This document shows, in pieces, positions 52,117 through 64,000 of a stretch of DNA of 64,000 nucleotides. Under the pieces are notes generated by a model. That model was not told the origin of the DNA, did no database searches, and saw nothing but the letters and a program-made list of their open reading frames with translations. A program made the position numbers and the translations under genes. Every line of letters starts with the position of its first letter. Position 1 is the stretch's first letter. The stretch is taken from contig CAVSLC010000003.1 of NCBI GenBank assembly GCA_963728565.1, positions 32,001 through 96,000 of the forward strand, read 5' to 3'. Source of the stretch: an uncultured delta proteobacterium (GTDB lineage: Bacteria > Desulfobacterota > Binatia > UBA9968).

Positions 52117-52659
52117 ATGGCGGAGTTAGAAGCTGCACGCGCGAGTCACGGCGAAAAAGCCGAGACAGTAGCGGCTGTGCATGAAAAATTTAGGAAGGCA
52201 AAGATGGCGATCGCGACTGAGTATCGTGGTCTTTCGGTCGGTAAGATGACGCAGCTGCGGCGCGAGATTCGCGATGTCGCAGGGGAATATCAGGTTATCA
52301 AAAATACCCTCGTTCGCCGGGCTCTTAAAGATACCGCTTACGGCGAATTGGAACGAATGCTCGAGGGTCCCAATGGATGGGTGTTCGCATATGACGATCC
52401 GGTCCTGCTTTCTAAAACGCTCGTCAAGTTTGTCGATGCCAATGAAAAAATGACGATCAAGGGGGCAATGTTCGAGGGCGAGCTAATGGATCCTGCTCGG
52501 GTCAAAGTTCTCTCACAAATGCCCAGTAAACCTGAGCTGCAGGCGACGTTGCTCGCGCTGATACAGGGGCCAGCGACTTACTTGCTTCGCCTCATTCAAG
52601 AACCTGGATCTCGGATGGTCAGATTGCTCGATGCGGCAGCGAAGGCAAAAGCCGAGTAA
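52117..52659 (+). CDS. rplJ: 50S ribosomal protein L10
   Basis: EYRGLSV...LRR, VIKNTL; position in operon. Confidence 0.95.
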   Translation: MAELEAARASHGEKAETVAAVHEKFRKAKMAIATEYRGLSVGKMTQLRREIRDVAGEYQVIKNTLVRRALKDTAYGELERMLEGPNGWVFAYDDPVLLSKTLVKFVDANEKMTIKGAMFEGELMDPARVKVLSQMPSKPELQATLLALIQGPATYLLRLIQEPGSRMVRLLDAAAKAKAE

Positions 52660-52701
52660 TTACAACGATCGGTGTGGATTTAATTAAAAGGGGGACGTTT
52701 T

Positions 52702-53079
52702 ATGGCAGAGGTATCTAGGGAACAGGTTAAGGATTACATTAAGAACATGACGCTGCTGGACGCTGCGACTCTGGTCAAGGAACTCGAAGAAGAGCTCGGC
52801 GTCAGTGCGGCGGCGCCTGTGGCCGTGGCTGCGGCAGCTAGTGGCCCGGCGGCAGCGGCGGAAGAGAAAACCGAATTTGATGTTGTTCTTACAGAAGCGG
52901 GCGAAAAGAAAATCCAAGTGATCAAGGTTGTCCGAGAGCTCACCGGTCTCGGTTTGAAAGAGGCGAAAGATCTTGTCGATGGCGCGCCCAAGAACGTCAA
53001 AGAGGGCGTTGCAAAAGCCGAGGCTGAGACGATCAAGAAAAAGCTCGAGGAACAGGGCGCCAAGGTCGACATCAAATAG
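52702..53079 (+). CDS. rplL: 50S ribosomal protein L7/L12
   Basis: [33 protein letters not shown]. Confidence 0.98.
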   Translation: MAEVSREQVKDYIKNMTLLDAATLVKELEEELGVSAAAPVAVAAAASGPAAAAEEKTEFDVVLTEAGEKKIQVIKVVRELTGLGLKEAKDLVDGAPKNVKEGVAKAEAETIKKKLEEQGAKVDIK

Positions 53080-53145
53080 CGCACCAGCACCGGGAGATCC
53101 TGTCAGTGAATCGGAAGTATTGTTTAGATCGCTAAAGGAGAAACA

Positions 53146-56100
53146 ATGCCATTTCAAGTGGCCAATAATCTACGATTTCGCCGCAGTTTTGGCAGGATCA
53201 AGAGAATCATTGATCTGCCCTATCTAATTGAAATCCAGAAGAACTCCTATGAGTTGTTTTTGCAAAAGGATGCTTCGCCCGCGCAGCGCGAGAATATCGG
53301 CCTTCAAGAGGTTTTTAAATCGGTATTTCCAATCAAGGACTTCAATGAAACGGCGTCCCTGGAGTTCGTCAGCTATAGCTTGGGCGAGCCGAAATACGAC
53401 GTCGACGAGTGTCATCAGCGCGGCATGACTTTCGCCGCGCCGCTCAAAGTAACGGTTCAGCTCGTTTTATGGGATGTCGACTCCCAAACCGGCGCCCGCA
53501 GCATCAAGAATGTCAAAGAGCAGGAGGTGTATTTTGGTGAGATTGCTCTGATGACGAAGAACGGCACGTTCATGGTGAACGGCACCGAACGGGTCATTGT
53601 CAGCCAATTGCACCGATCCCCTGGAGTTTTTTTCGAACATGACAAGGGAAAGACGCACGCAAGCGGCAAGTTGCTCTATTCGGCGCGAATTATTCCCTAC
53701 CGCGGTTCCTGGGTCGATCTCGAGTTTGATCCCCGAGATATCATCTATGTCCGTATCGATCGCCGGCGTAAGTTTCATGCCACGGTTTTGCTGAGAGCGC
53801 TCGGTATGACTACGGAAGATCTGCTGAATTACTACTACCGGAGCGATACCATCGTCTTCGATGGCCGCAAACCGGCGCTTGTTTTCAATCCCGCGCATTT
53901 GATGGGAGCGAAAGTGACGAGCGATGTTCGTGACCCCAAAAGCAATGATCTGATCGTTAAGGAAGGTAAAAAGTTTACCCGTCCGGTCTTGCGTCAAATG
54001 GAGCAAGCCAAGGTCAAACAAGTTCCAATCGTTTGGGAAGAGATCCTGGGTCGGATTGCTGCCCATGATATCGTCAATCCGCAAACCAAAGAAGTCATCG
54101 TTGAATCCAATCATCCCATTACCCAAGAGAAGTTGGATCTCATCCGTGAAAAGGGCATTCATCAGATTGAAGTTCTGTTCATCGACGAATCGACAGTCGG
54201 TCCTTACTTGCGAAATACGTTGTTGCAGGATCGCATCAACTCACCTCAAGATGCAATTTTGGAGATTTATCGCCGCCTAAGGCCGGGTGATCCTCCGACG
54301 GTTGATTCGGCGACTAACTTCTTTAACAACTTGTTCTTCAATCCTGACCGTTATGATCTTTCCAAAGTAGGTCGGCTTAAGCTGAATCACCGCCTTAAGC
54401 TCAACGTTCCGTTGGAGCAGGGTACGCTTCGCAAGGAAGATATTCTTGAGGTCGTTCGATATTTGATGGAGCTAAAGAACGGCAACGGCACCGTCGACGA
54501 TATTGATCATCTCGGTAACCGCCGCGTACGCGCCGTCGGCGAGCTCGTTGAAAACCACTTCCGTGTCGGATTGGTGCGTATGGAACGGGCCATCAAAGAG
54601 AAAATGAGCTTGCAGGATATCGAAACGTTGATGCCGCAGGAACTGATTAACTACAAGCCTGTTTCCGCAGCGCTTAAAGAGTTTTTTGGCTCCAGCCAAT
54701 TGTCCCAATTCATGGATCAAACTAATCCGCTTTCGGAGATCACTCACAAACGCCGCTTATCGGCATTGGGTCCCGGTGGACTGACCCGGGAACGCGCAGG
54801 ATTCGAGGTGCGCGATGTTCATCCGACGCACTATGGTCGCGTTTGTCCGATTGAGACGCCGGAAGGTCCGAATATTGGACTGATCGCATCCTTGACGACG
54901 TATGCTCGGGTCAATGAGTTTGGCTTCATCGAAACGCCGTATCGCGAGGTTGAAAACGGCAAGGTCACCGATCGGATACGGTATCTTTCCGCGCTTGAAG
55001 AGGAAGATCATGTCATCGCCCAAGCCAATGCGCCGATCGATGCCCGTGGCGTCTTCACTCTCGATTTAGTTTCCGCTCGCAAAGGCGGTGAATTCGTAAT
55101 GGCGCGACCTGAGGAAGTCAACTTCATGGATGTGTCGCCGAATCAACTCGTCAGCGTGGCGGCCTCGCTGATTCCATTCCTTGAAAATGATGACGCCAAC
55201 CGGGCTCTGATGGGCTCTAACATGCAGCGTCAGGCAGTGCCTCTGTTAAGGACCGAGGCTCCTCTGGTCGGTACCGGGATGGAGAAAGTTGTCGCCCGGG
55301 ATTCCGGCGTGACAGTCGTGGCGAAGCGCGACGGCGTAATCGAAAGTGTCGATTCGACTCGCATTGTGGTTAAGGCCGATAAGGCTTCCGGCGCCCGGGA
55401 CACGGGAGTTGATATCTACAATTTAGTCAAGTACCAGCGTTCCAATCAGAATACTTGCGTCAATCAACGACCAATCGTCAGGATTGGTGACCAAGTAAAA
55501 GCCGGCGACGTTATTGCCGACGGTCCATCCACCGAGATGGGAGAGCTTGCACTGGGCCGCAATGTTCTTGTCGCGCTTATGCCTTGGGGCGGCTACAACT
55601 TTGAAGATTCTATTTTAATTAGTGAGCGTGTCGTTAAAGAAGACATTTACACCTCAATTCATATCGAAGAATTTGAATGTGTTTCCCGCGACACCAAGCT
55701 CGGGCCGGAAGAGATCACGCGCGACATCCCGAACGTCGGCGACGAAGCGCTGACCGATCTTGACGACAGCGGTATCATCAGGATCGGCGCCGAGGTCAAG
55801 CCTAGTGATATCCTCGTGGGAAAAATCACTCCCAAGGGCGAGACTCAGTTGTCCCCTGAAGAAAAACTCTTGCGCGCTATATTCGGAGAGAAGGCTGGTG
55901 AGGTCCGAGATACCTCGCTGCGCGTTCCGCCGGGAGTTGAAGGCACGGTCATCAATGTCCGGATCTTTTCGCGCAAAGGTTTGGGCAAAGATGAGAGAAG
56001 CAAGGCGATCGAGGACGAAGAGATCATTCGACTACGCAAAGACCAGCATGATGAAGTCCGAATTCTTCAAGATGGCGCGCTCAGGCGTTTGAAAAAACTT

Positions 56101-57249
56101 CTAGTCGGCCGGAAACTGGCGAACCGACTAAGCGACGACAGTCGAAAACTGCTGCTAGTCAAGGGTAAGGAGATCACCGAAGAAGATCTGGATCAATTGC
56201 CGATGAGCTACTGGAGCGAGATCCGTGTCGATAACGAATCAGTGGAAGCGGAGCTCGACCGTATCGTTGAAAGCACGGCCGGACAGGTCAAGCTAATCAA
56301 AGAGGTATTCGAAGACAAGATCGAAAAACTCAGAGGCGGCGATGAACTCCCGCCAGGCGTCATCAAGATGGTCAAGGTCTTTGTCGCCATCAAGCGTAAG
56401 TTGCAGGTTGGCGACAAGATGGCTGGCCGCCACGGCAATAAAGGCGTCATTTCTAGGATCCTGCCCGAAGAGGATATGCCTTATCTAGAGGACGGCACCC
56501 CGGTTGACGTGGTGCTCAATCCGCTGGGTGTCCCCTCACGTATGAACGTGGGCCAGATTCTTGAAGCGCATCTGGGCTGGGCAGCGCGCAGTCTCGGGCA
56601 TCAGATCGATCAACTAATGCGCGAACACCGCCAGGAAGTGGACGCTCTGCGCAAGCGGCTTAAGGAATATCTCAATAGCAAAGAAGCCAGCGAGCTTATC
56701 GATGGCGTCAAAGACGCTGACGTATTTAAGCTGGCGGAGAAATATCGTGACGGGGTGCGTTTGGCGTCGCCGGTTTTTGACGGCGCGGCGGAAGATGAAA
56801 TCTTTAATTTGCTGCGAAAAGCCGATCTCCCGGTCAGCGGCCAAGTGACTCTATATGATGGCCGCAGCGGCGAGCCCTTCGACGGCAAAGTCACAGTCGG
56901 GATTATGTATATCATGAAACTGCATCACCTGGTTGATGACAAAATACATGCTCGCTCCACCGGTCCCTATTCTCTCGTTACACAGCAACCATTGGGCGGA
57001 AAGGCTCAGTTTGGCGGCCAGCGGCTCGGAGAAATGGAGGTTTGGGCGTTAGAGGCTTATGGCGCGGCGTATACGCTTCAAGAAATGCTGACTGTCAAGT
57101 CTGATGATGTCGTTGGGCGAACGCGAATGTACGAGGCGATTGTTAAAGGGGATAATCTCCTCGAACCAGGATTGCCTGAATCGTTTAACGTGATGGTTAA
57201 GGAGCTCCAGAGCCTGGGGCTCGATGTTGATCTAGTCGAGGAAAAATAG
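53146..57249 (+). CDS. rpoB: RNA polymerase beta subunit
   Basis: 1367 aa; [31 protein letters not shown]. Confidence 0.99.
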   Translation: MPFQVANNLRFRRSFGRIKRIIDLPYLIEIQKNSYELFLQKDASPAQRENIGLQEVFKSVFPIKDFNETASLEFVSYSLGEPKYDVDECHQRGMTFAAPLKVTVQLVLWDVDSQTGARSIKNVKEQEVYFGEIALMTKNGTFMVNGTERVIVSQLHRSPGVFFEHDKGKTHASGKLLYSARIIPYRGSWVDLEFDPRDIIYVRIDRRRKFHATVLLRALGMTTEDLLNYYYRSDTIVFDGRKPALVFNPAHLMGAKVTSDVRDPKSNDLIVKEGKKFTRPVLRQMEQAKVKQVPIVWEEILGRIAAHDIVNPQTKEVIVESNHPITQEKLDLIREKGIHQIEVLFIDESTVGPYLRNTLLQDRINSPQDAILEIYRRLRPGDPPTVDSATNFFNNLFFNPDRYDLSKVGRLKLNHRLKLNVPLEQGTLRKEDILEVVRYLMELKNGNGTVDDIDHLGNRRVRAVGELVENHFRVGLVRMERAIKEKMSLQDIETLMPQELINYKPVSAALKEFFGSSQLSQFMDQTNPLSEITHKRRLSALGPGGLTRERAGFEVRDVHPTHYGRVCPIETPEGPNIGLIASLTTYARVNEFGFIETPYREVENGKVTDRIRYLSALEEEDHVIAQANAPIDARGVFTLDLVSARKGGEFVMARPEEVNFMDVSPNQLVSVAASLIPFLENDDANRALMGSNMQRQAVPLLRTEAPLVGTGMEKVVARDSGVTVVAKRDGVIESVDSTRIVVKADKASGARDTGVDIYNLVKYQRSNQNTCVNQRPIVRIGDQVKAGDVIADGPSTEMGELALGRNVLVALMPWGGYNFEDSILISERVVKEDIYTSIHIEEFECVSRDTKLGPEEITRDIPNVGDEALTDLDDSGIIRIGAEVKPSDILVGKITPKGETQLSPEEKLLRAIFGEKAGEVRDTSLRVPPGVEGTVINVRIFSRKGLGKDERSKAIEDEEIIRLRKDQHDEVRILQDGALRRLKKLLVGRKLANRLSDDSRKLLLVKGKEITEEDLDQLPMSYWSEIRVDNESVEAELDRIVESTAGQVKLIKEVFEDKIEKLRGGDELPPGVIKMVKVFVAIKRKLQVGDKMAGRHGNKGVISRILPEEDMPYLEDGTPVDVVLNPLGVPSRMNVGQILEAHLGWAARSLGHQIDQLMREHRQEVDALRKRLKEYLNSKEASELIDGVKDADVFKLAEKYRDGVRLASPVFDGAAEDEIFNLLRKADLPVSGQVTLYDGRSGEPFDGKVTVGIMYIMKLHHLVDDKIHARSTGPYSLVTQQPLGGKAQFGGQRLGEMEVWALEAYGAAYTLQEMLTVKSDDVVGRTRMYEAIVKGDNLLEPGLPESFNVMVKELQSLGLDVDLVEEK

Positions 57250-57296
57250 CTAAGCCTTGTGGAGGCCCACTGCGCTGATGCTGGAGGTGGATCTTT

Positions 57297-60200
57297 ATGG
57301 AAGATCTTTTTAACTTATTCGAACGACCGAAAAATCCGCTAAGTTTTAATGCGATCCGAGTCTCTGTGGCGTCCCCGGAAAAAGTGCGGTCTTGGTCACA
57401 CGGGGAGGTGAAGAAGCCGGAGACGATTAACTACAGAACGTTCAAGCCGGAACGAGATGGTTTATTTTGCGCCAAGATTTTTGGTCCGACCAAAGATTAC
57501 GAATGTAACTGCGGCAAGTATAAACGCATGCGCCACCGAGGCGTGGTCTGTGAAAAGTGCGGCGTCGAGGTGATTCAGTCCAAGGTGCGCCGCGAACGGA
57601 TGGGCCATATCGAGCTGGCCACGCCGGTAGTCCATATCTGGTTTCTCAAAAGCCTGCCGAGCCGGATCGGTGCTTTGCTCGACATGTCGCTAAAGGATAT
57701 CGAGAAGGTGCTCTATTTCGAGTCCTATATTGTTATCGATCCAGGAGAGACTCCTTTGCAATACAAGGAGCTTTTGAGCGAGGTCCGATATCGCAAAGCG
57801 ATGGAGGAGTTTGGCGGGAGGTTTACTGCGGAGATGGGCGCGGAGGCGGTGCGGAAGATCCTCAAAGCCGTCGATGTAGTAAAACTTTCAGAAGATCTGC
57901 GCCAAGAGATGCGCGATGCGAACTCCGAGGTTCGTCGCAAAAAGTTGGCAAAACGATTAAAAGTCCTAAACGCTTTTAGGACTTCGGGGAATCGACCGGA
58001 GTGGATGGTCATGGAAGTTGTTCCAGTCATTCCCCCGGATCTACGGCCTTTGGTGCCGCTTGATGGTGGTCGTTTCGCGACCTCGGATTTAAACGATCTC
58101 TACCGGCGCGTCATCAACCGAAACAATCGGCTCAAGCGCCTGATGGAGCTAAGCGCGCCGGATATGATCATTCGCAACGAGAAACGCATGCTCCAGGAGG
58201 CCGTTGACGCTCTATTTGATAACGGCCGGCGTGGGCGAGCTATCACCGGCCAAAATCGCCGGCCGCTTAAGTCCTTGAGCGATATGCTTAAAGGTAAAAC
58301 CGGCAGATTCCGCCAGAACCTGCTCGGCAAACGGGTGGACTATTCCGGACGTTCGGTGATCGTTGTTGGACCGGAACTGCGGCTGCACCAATGCGGGCTG
58401 CCTAAGAAGATGGCTTTGGAGTTGTTCAAGCCGTTTATCTATAACAAGCTCGAAGAGCGCGGCTTCGTCACCACGATCAAGAGCGCAAAGAAAATGGTCG
58501 AAAAAGAACGGCCCGAGGTTTGGGATATTCTCGATGAAGTGATTCGCGAGCACCCGGTGATGCTCAACCGCGCTCCGACATTGCATCGCCTTGGGATTCA
58601 AGCTTTTGAGCCGATCCTGATTGAGGGGAAGGCGATTCAGCTTCATCCATTGGTCTGCGCGGCGTATAACGCAGATTTCGACGGTGATCAGATGGCAGTT
58701 CATGTCCCATTGTCGGTCGAAGCTCAGGTTGAAGCTCGCGCCCTGATGATGTCCACCAACAATATTCTGTCCCCGGCCAATGGTAAGCCCATTATCGTGC
58801 CGACCCAGGATATCGTGCTGGGCCTCTACTACATGACCCGGGATCGCTTCCAAGCCAAAGGCGCCGGGCGCATCTTTAGCAGCCCGACGGAAGTTCGTAT
58901 CGCCTATGATCAGGGTGAGGTGGAGATTCAAGCGCCGATCACCGTGCGGATGAACGGCGAGCGCGTCGAGACCACCGTCGGCCGAATTCTGGTTTATGAG
59001 GTTGTGCCGCCGGAGATCGCATTCAAGGAAGTCAATCGAGTTCTGAAGAAAAAAGAGCTGGCAAATCTGATCGACATCAGTTACCGGCTGGCTGGCAATA
59101 AGGCGACCGTTATTCTCGCCGACCGTTTGAAAGATATCGGATATCGGCATGCCACCAAGGCGGGCATCTCTATCGCCATCAAGGACATGGTGATCCCGCC
59201 CAATAAAGAGGTCTTGCTCAAGAGCGCGCACGAAGACGTTCGCGAAATCGAAGAGCAATACAAGAACGGACTCATTACCGACGGTGAACGTTACAACAAA
59301 GTGGTTGATATCTGGGCTGAGGTTACCGATCGAATCGCCGACGAAATGCTACGCGACCTTGGCTCCGAGAAAGTTACTGATGAAACCGGACGTGAAACTT
59401 CGATTCCAAGCTTTAATCCGATCTTCATGATGGCCGATTCCGGTGCTCGCGGCAGCGCCCAGCAGATCCGTCAGTTGGCGGGCATGCGCGGGTTGATGGC
59501 CAAGCCGTCCGGAGAGATTATTGAGACGCCAATTACGGCTAACTTTCGTGAGGGATTGACGGTTTTGCAGTACTTCATCTCAACCCACGGCGCGCGCAAG
59601 GGGTTGGCTGACACCGCATTGAAGACCGCTAATTCGGGTTATCTGACTCGACGCCTGGTAGACGTAGCTCAGGACTCGGTGATTTCCGATCCTGATTGCG
59701 GCACCATGGATGGCATAGAAATCACGCCGCTCATGGAAGGCGGTGAGATTATCGAGCCCCTCGGCGATCGCGTGCTCGGGCGAGTCGCGCTCGAGGATGT
59801 GCGCGATCCTTTCTCCGGCGACATTATCGTCAAAGCCAACCAAGAAATTAATGAAGACTTGGTACAACGCATCGAAGACGCCGGTTTGGAGCGGATCAAG
59901 ATTCGTTCTGTGTTGACCTGCCAATCGAAGCGCGGCGTATGTGTGATGTGCTACGGCCGTGATCTAGGTCGAGGACACATGGTCAATCACGGGGAAGCGA
60001 TCGGCGTTATTGCGGCGCAATCGATTGGCGAACCGGGAACACAGCTCACGATGCGTACGTTTCACATCGGTGGTACTGCGAGCCGGAGAGCAGAGCAGAC
60101 TACTCTCGAATCGCGCAACGATGGCTATATCAAGTTCATCAACGTCAGCACCGTCACCAACAAGGAGAAGGATCTAGTGGTGATGAATCGCAACGGCGAA

Positions 60201-61424
60201 CTCGCCGTCATCGATTATCCGGAAGGTGAGAAAGGCAGGGAACGCGAGCGAGAGCGTTACCCGGTGGTTTATGGCGCGAAGCTGAAAAAGAAGGATGGGG
60301 ACAAGATCAAAGCCGGCGAGTTGATCGCCGAATGGGATCCGTACACGATTCCGATTTTGACTGAAATGAGCGGCGTAGTGAAGTTTGGTGACGTCGTTGA
60401 AGCGATCACCATGGAGGAGAAGGTGGACGAACGCACAGGTCTGTCCACAAAGGTAATTATTGACTCCAAAGACGTTGACAAGCGGCCGCGAATTTCCATC
60501 AAAGACGATGGTGGACAGACGGCGCGGATGTCAGCAACATCGGAAGCTCGCTATCTGCTACCGGTGGGCGCTCATATCAACGTGCAAGAGGGTCAGACGG
60601 TTTACGCGGGGGATGCGATTGCAAAAATCCCGCGCGAAACAACCAAGACAAAGGATATTACCGGCGGCTTGCCCCGGGTAGCCGAATTGTTCGAAGCGCG
60701 CAAGCCGAAAGAGTTCGCAGTCATAAGTGAAATCGACGGAACCGTTTCCTTTGGTAAAGACACCAAGGGAAAACGCAAAGTGGTCGTCACTCCCGAAGTT
60801 GGCGAACCGCGCGAGTATCTGATCCCCAAGGGCAAACACATCAGCGTGCACGAAACCGATCGTATACGCGCTGGCGAGCCTCTCATGGATGGTTCTTCAA
60901 ATCCCCATGACATTCTCAACATTTTGGGTGAAAAAGCGCTCGCCAAGTACCTTGTAGACGAAGTTCAGGAGATTTACCGCCTGCAAGGGGTGCGCATCAA
61001 TGATAAGCACATCGAGGTCATCGTCAGACAGATGTTACGCCGTGTGCGCATCAAAGAGGTAGGAGATACCGAATTCCTGGTCGGCGATCAAGTGGAGAAA
61101 TGGCGGTTTGACGAGGAGAATCAGCGTGCCATCGCAGGAGGCGGCAAGCCGGCTGTGGCTGAGCCACTGCTTCTCGGAATCACCAAGGCCTCGCTATCGA
61201 CCGAAAGCTTTATCTCGGCAGCTTCGTTTCAAGAAACGACGAAAGTGCTCACTGAAGCGGCGATTCACGGCAAGATTGATTTACTTTGCGGTCTTAAGGA
61301 GAACGTCATCATGGGCCGGCTGATCCCGGCGGGAACCGGGGTCGCGAGATATTCGAAAGCTGAAATCGAAATCGATGCTCCAGAGGGATTCGAAGAGGAC
61401 ATGTCACAGGCCGCAGGAGCTTAA
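57297..61424 (+). CDS. rpoC: RNA polymerase beta-prime subunit
   Basis: 1375 aa; NADFDGDQM, zinc-binding motifs. Confidence 0.99.
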   Translation: MEDLFNLFERPKNPLSFNAIRVSVASPEKVRSWSHGEVKKPETINYRTFKPERDGLFCAKIFGPTKDYECNCGKYKRMRHRGVVCEKCGVEVIQSKVRRERMGHIELATPVVHIWFLKSLPSRIGALLDMSLKDIEKVLYFESYIVIDPGETPLQYKELLSEVRYRKAMEEFGGRFTAEMGAEAVRKILKAVDVVKLSEDLRQEMRDANSEVRRKKLAKRLKVLNAFRTSGNRPEWMVMEVVPVIPPDLRPLVPLDGGRFATSDLNDLYRRVINRNNRLKRLMELSAPDMIIRNEKRMLQEAVDALFDNGRRGRAITGQNRRPLKSLSDMLKGKTGRFRQNLLGKRVDYSGRSVIVVGPELRLHQCGLPKKMALELFKPFIYNKLEERGFVTTIKSAKKMVEKERPEVWDILDEVIREHPVMLNRAPTLHRLGIQAFEPILIEGKAIQLHPLVCAAYNADFDGDQMAVHVPLSVEAQVEARALMMSTNNILSPANGKPIIVPTQDIVLGLYYMTRDRFQAKGAGRIFSSPTEVRIAYDQGEVEIQAPITVRMNGERVETTVGRILVYEVVPPEIAFKEVNRVLKKKELANLIDISYRLAGNKATVILADRLKDIGYRHATKAGISIAIKDMVIPPNKEVLLKSAHEDVREIEEQYKNGLITDGERYNKVVDIWAEVTDRIADEMLRDLGSEKVTDETGRETSIPSFNPIFMMADSGARGSAQQIRQLAGMRGLMAKPSGEIIETPITANFREGLTVLQYFISTHGARKGLADTALKTANSGYLTRRLVDVAQDSVISDPDCGTMDGIEITPLMEGGEIIEPLGDRVLGRVALEDVRDPFSGDIIVKANQEINEDLVQRIEDAGLERIKIRSVLTCQSKRGVCVMCYGRDLGRGHMVNHGEAIGVIAAQSIGEPGTQLTMRTFHIGGTASRRAEQTTLESRNDGYIKFINVSTVTNKEKDLVVMNRNGELAVIDYPEGEKGRERERERYPVVYGAKLKKKDGDKIKAGELIAEWDPYTIPILTEMSGVVKFGDVVEAITMEEKVDERTGLSTKVIIDSKDVDKRPRISIKDDGGQTARMSATSEARYLLPVGAHINVQEGQTVYAGDAIAKIPRETTKTKDITGGLPRVAELFEARKPKEFAVISEIDGTVSFGKDTKGKRKVVVTPEVGEPREYLIPKGKHISVHETDRIRAGEPLMDGSSNPHDILNILGEKALAKYLVDEVQEIYRLQGVRINDKHIEVIVRQMLRRVRIKEVGDTEFLVGDQVEKWRFDEENQRAIAGGGKPAVAEPLLLGITKASLSTESFISAASFQETTKVLTEAAIHGKIDLLCGLKENVIMGRLIPAGTGVARYSKAEIEIDAPEGFEEDMSQAAGA

Positions 61425-61520
61425 GCTTTTGACATGGTGGGATGAATTTGTTAACTAGAGTGGTTCCCCAGGAAGTTGTTGCTTTATCCATATCAATTAA
61501 TTTGGTGATCGAATAAACGT

Positions 61521-62364
<844 letters not shown>

Positions 62365-62384
62365 ATTTAGAAAAGATATATTGT

Positions 62385-62417
62385 AAAAAGGAGGCGGTTG
62401 ATCCGCCTCCTTTTTTT
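62385..62417 (+). terminator. Intrinsic terminator-like hairpin between rpsG and fusA
   Basis: AAAAAGGAGGCGG-ttgat-CCGCCTCC-TTTTTTT. Confidence 0.7.
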
Positions 62418-62431
62418 CCCGGTGTAGAGCA

Positions 62432-64000
62432 ATGCCTAGAACTGTTCCCTTAGATAGAACCCGCAATATCGGCATCATGGCCCATATTGATGCGGGAAAG
62501 ACGACAACCACCGAAAGGATCCTTTATTATACGGGGATCAACTACAAGATCGGCGAGGTTCACGAGGGAACTGCGACCATGGACTGGATGGTCCAAGAGC
62601 AAGAGCGCGGCATTACTATCACTTCAGCCGCAACCACCTGTTTATGGCGAGATCACCGGGTCAATATCATTGATACGCCGGGACACGTTGACTTTACGAT
62701 CGAGGTGGAACGTTCGCTGCGAGTTTTAGACGGCGCCGTAGGGGTTTTCTGCTCGGTGGGTGGCGTCGAGCCGCAGACCGAGACTGTTTGGCGGCAGGCC
62801 GATAAGTACCAGGTTCCCCGAATCGCATTTGTCAACAAGATGGATCGGTTGGGAGCGGATTTCTTCCGGGTCGTCCAAATGATCAAGGATCGTCTCGGCG
62901 CGCGCGCGGTTCCGTTGCAGTTGCCAATCGGTGCCGAGGATAAATTCATCGGCGTCATCGATCTGGTGCGCATGAAGTCGATTGTCTGGGAGGATGAGAG
63001 TCTCGGCGCCAAGTTTCGTGATGAAGCTATACCGGAGGAGCTAGCATCGGCGGCGGCCGAGTATCGTGAAAAGTTGATCGAAGCGGCTGCGGATTCGGAC
63101 GAGACAATCATGGAGAAGTACTTGGAGGGCCACGAAATCAGCGAAGCTGAGCTGACGAAGGCCATCCGAAGTGCTACTTTGGCGATCAAGATCATTCCGG
63201 TGCTGTGCGGTTCGGCGTTCCGCAACAAAGGTGTTCAGCCGTTGCTCGACGCCGTGATCGAGTACTTGCCCTCGCCATTGGATATTCCGCCGGTTAAAGG
63301 CATCGATCCCGACACCCAGGCGCCCGACGAACGCCCCGCCAAGGACGATGCTCCGTTTTCGGCTCTAGCGTTCAAAATCATGACTGACCCGTTCGTTGGA
63401 ACGTTGAGTTTTTTCAGAGTCTACTCCGGATCGTTGACTGCGGGCGCCAGCGTTTATAATTCAACCAAAGGCAAGCGCGAGAGAATAGGTCGTCTTTTGA
63501 AGATGCACGCGAACAAGCGTGAAGAGATAAAAGAAGTGTACGCCGGTGATATTGCCGCTGGAGTGGGTCTGCGAACTGCAACCACGGGCGATACTTTGTG
63601 CGATGAGAACGATCCGATTATTCTCGAATCCATCGAGTTTCCGGAGCCGGTAATTTCGATTGCCATCGAACCGAAAAGCAAGGCCGATCAGGAAAAGCTT
63701 GGCTTGTCACTGCAGAAGCTAGCCGCTGAAGACCCGTCGTTCCGAGTGCGGACCGACGAAGAGACCGGCCAGACGATTATTTCCGGCATGGGCGAGCTTC
63801 ACCTGGAAATCATCGTTGATCGCCTACTAAGAGAATTTAACGTCGGCGCCAATGTCGGTAAGCCGCAGGTCGCCTATAAGGAAACGGTTCGTAAGGCGGT
63901 CGAGCAGCAGGGCAAGTTCATTCGCCAAACCGGTGGCCGCGGTCAGTACGGTGATGTCTGGATCAAATTAGAGCCACAACAGCCCGGAGCTGGTTTTGAG
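62432..64000 (+). CDS. fusA: Elongation factor G (3'-truncated by window)
   Basis: [44 protein letters not shown]. Confidence 0.98.
   Translation, partial: MPRTVPLDRTRNIGIMAHIDAGKTTTTERILYYTGINYKIGEVHEGTATMDWMVQEQERGITITSAATTCLWRDHRVNIIDTPGHVDFTIEVERSLRVLDGAVGVFCSVGGVEPQTETVWRQADKYQVPRIAFVNKMDRLGADFFRVVQMIKDRLGARAVPLQLPIGAEDKFIGVIDLVRMKSIVWEDESLGAKFRDEAIPEELASAAAEYREKLIEAAADSDETIMEKYLEGHEISEAELTKAIRSATLAIKIIPVLCGSAFRNKGVQPLLDAVIEYLPSPLDIPPVKGIDPDTQAPDERPAKDDAPFSALAFKIMTDPFVGTLSFFRVYSGSLTAGASVYNSTKGKRERIGRLLKMHANKREEIKEVYAGDIAAGVGLRTATTGDTLCDENDPIILESIEFPEPVISIAIEPKSKADQEKLGLSLQKLAAEDPSFRVRTDEETGQTIISGMGELHLEIIVDRLLREFNVGANVGKPQVAYKETVRKAVEQQGKFIRQTGGRGQYGDVWIKLEPQQPGAGFE

Overview
A 64-kb bacterial chromosome segment, probably from a diderm Deltaproteobacteria-like lineage. 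The orphan TctC/Bug proteins and gene order suggest Candidatus Binatia, which is an inference. The left ~31 kb is accessory or semi-accessory and has four parts. (1) A ~16-kb iron island (227-16522): bfr, a PepSY-flavodoxin fusion, piuC, a Fiu/PiuA-type TonB receptor, hemP, tonB-exbD-exbB, a cytochrome-c/FTR1 permease, fbpABC and a DtxR-family regulator. Two of its promoters share a TTCG-N6-CGAA operator. A 238-bp MITE and two broken genes also lie here. (2) A sigma54 nitrogen block: glnK/B-amtB, decayed STAS and MBL genes, and an outer-membrane porin. (3) An orphan PrdB/GrdB-like selenoprotein (in-frame UGA in a U-x-x-C motif plus a SECIS-like hairpin, split in two by the ORF track), apparently co-transcribed with two TctC solute-binding proteins. 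(4) Stress-type genes, including a membrane protein with a classical zinc-finger signature. The right ~33 kb is core genome: yggS/yggT, rph, rdgB, 12 tRNAs, tig-clpP-clpX-lon-hup, rplM-rpsI, lptGF, rlmB, tuf-rpmG-secE-nusG-rplKAJL-rpoBC-rpsLG and partial fusA. Single-base frameshifts in lon, the TonB receptor and one tctC look like long-read errors. Family assignments come from motif recognition by eye, not from database searches.
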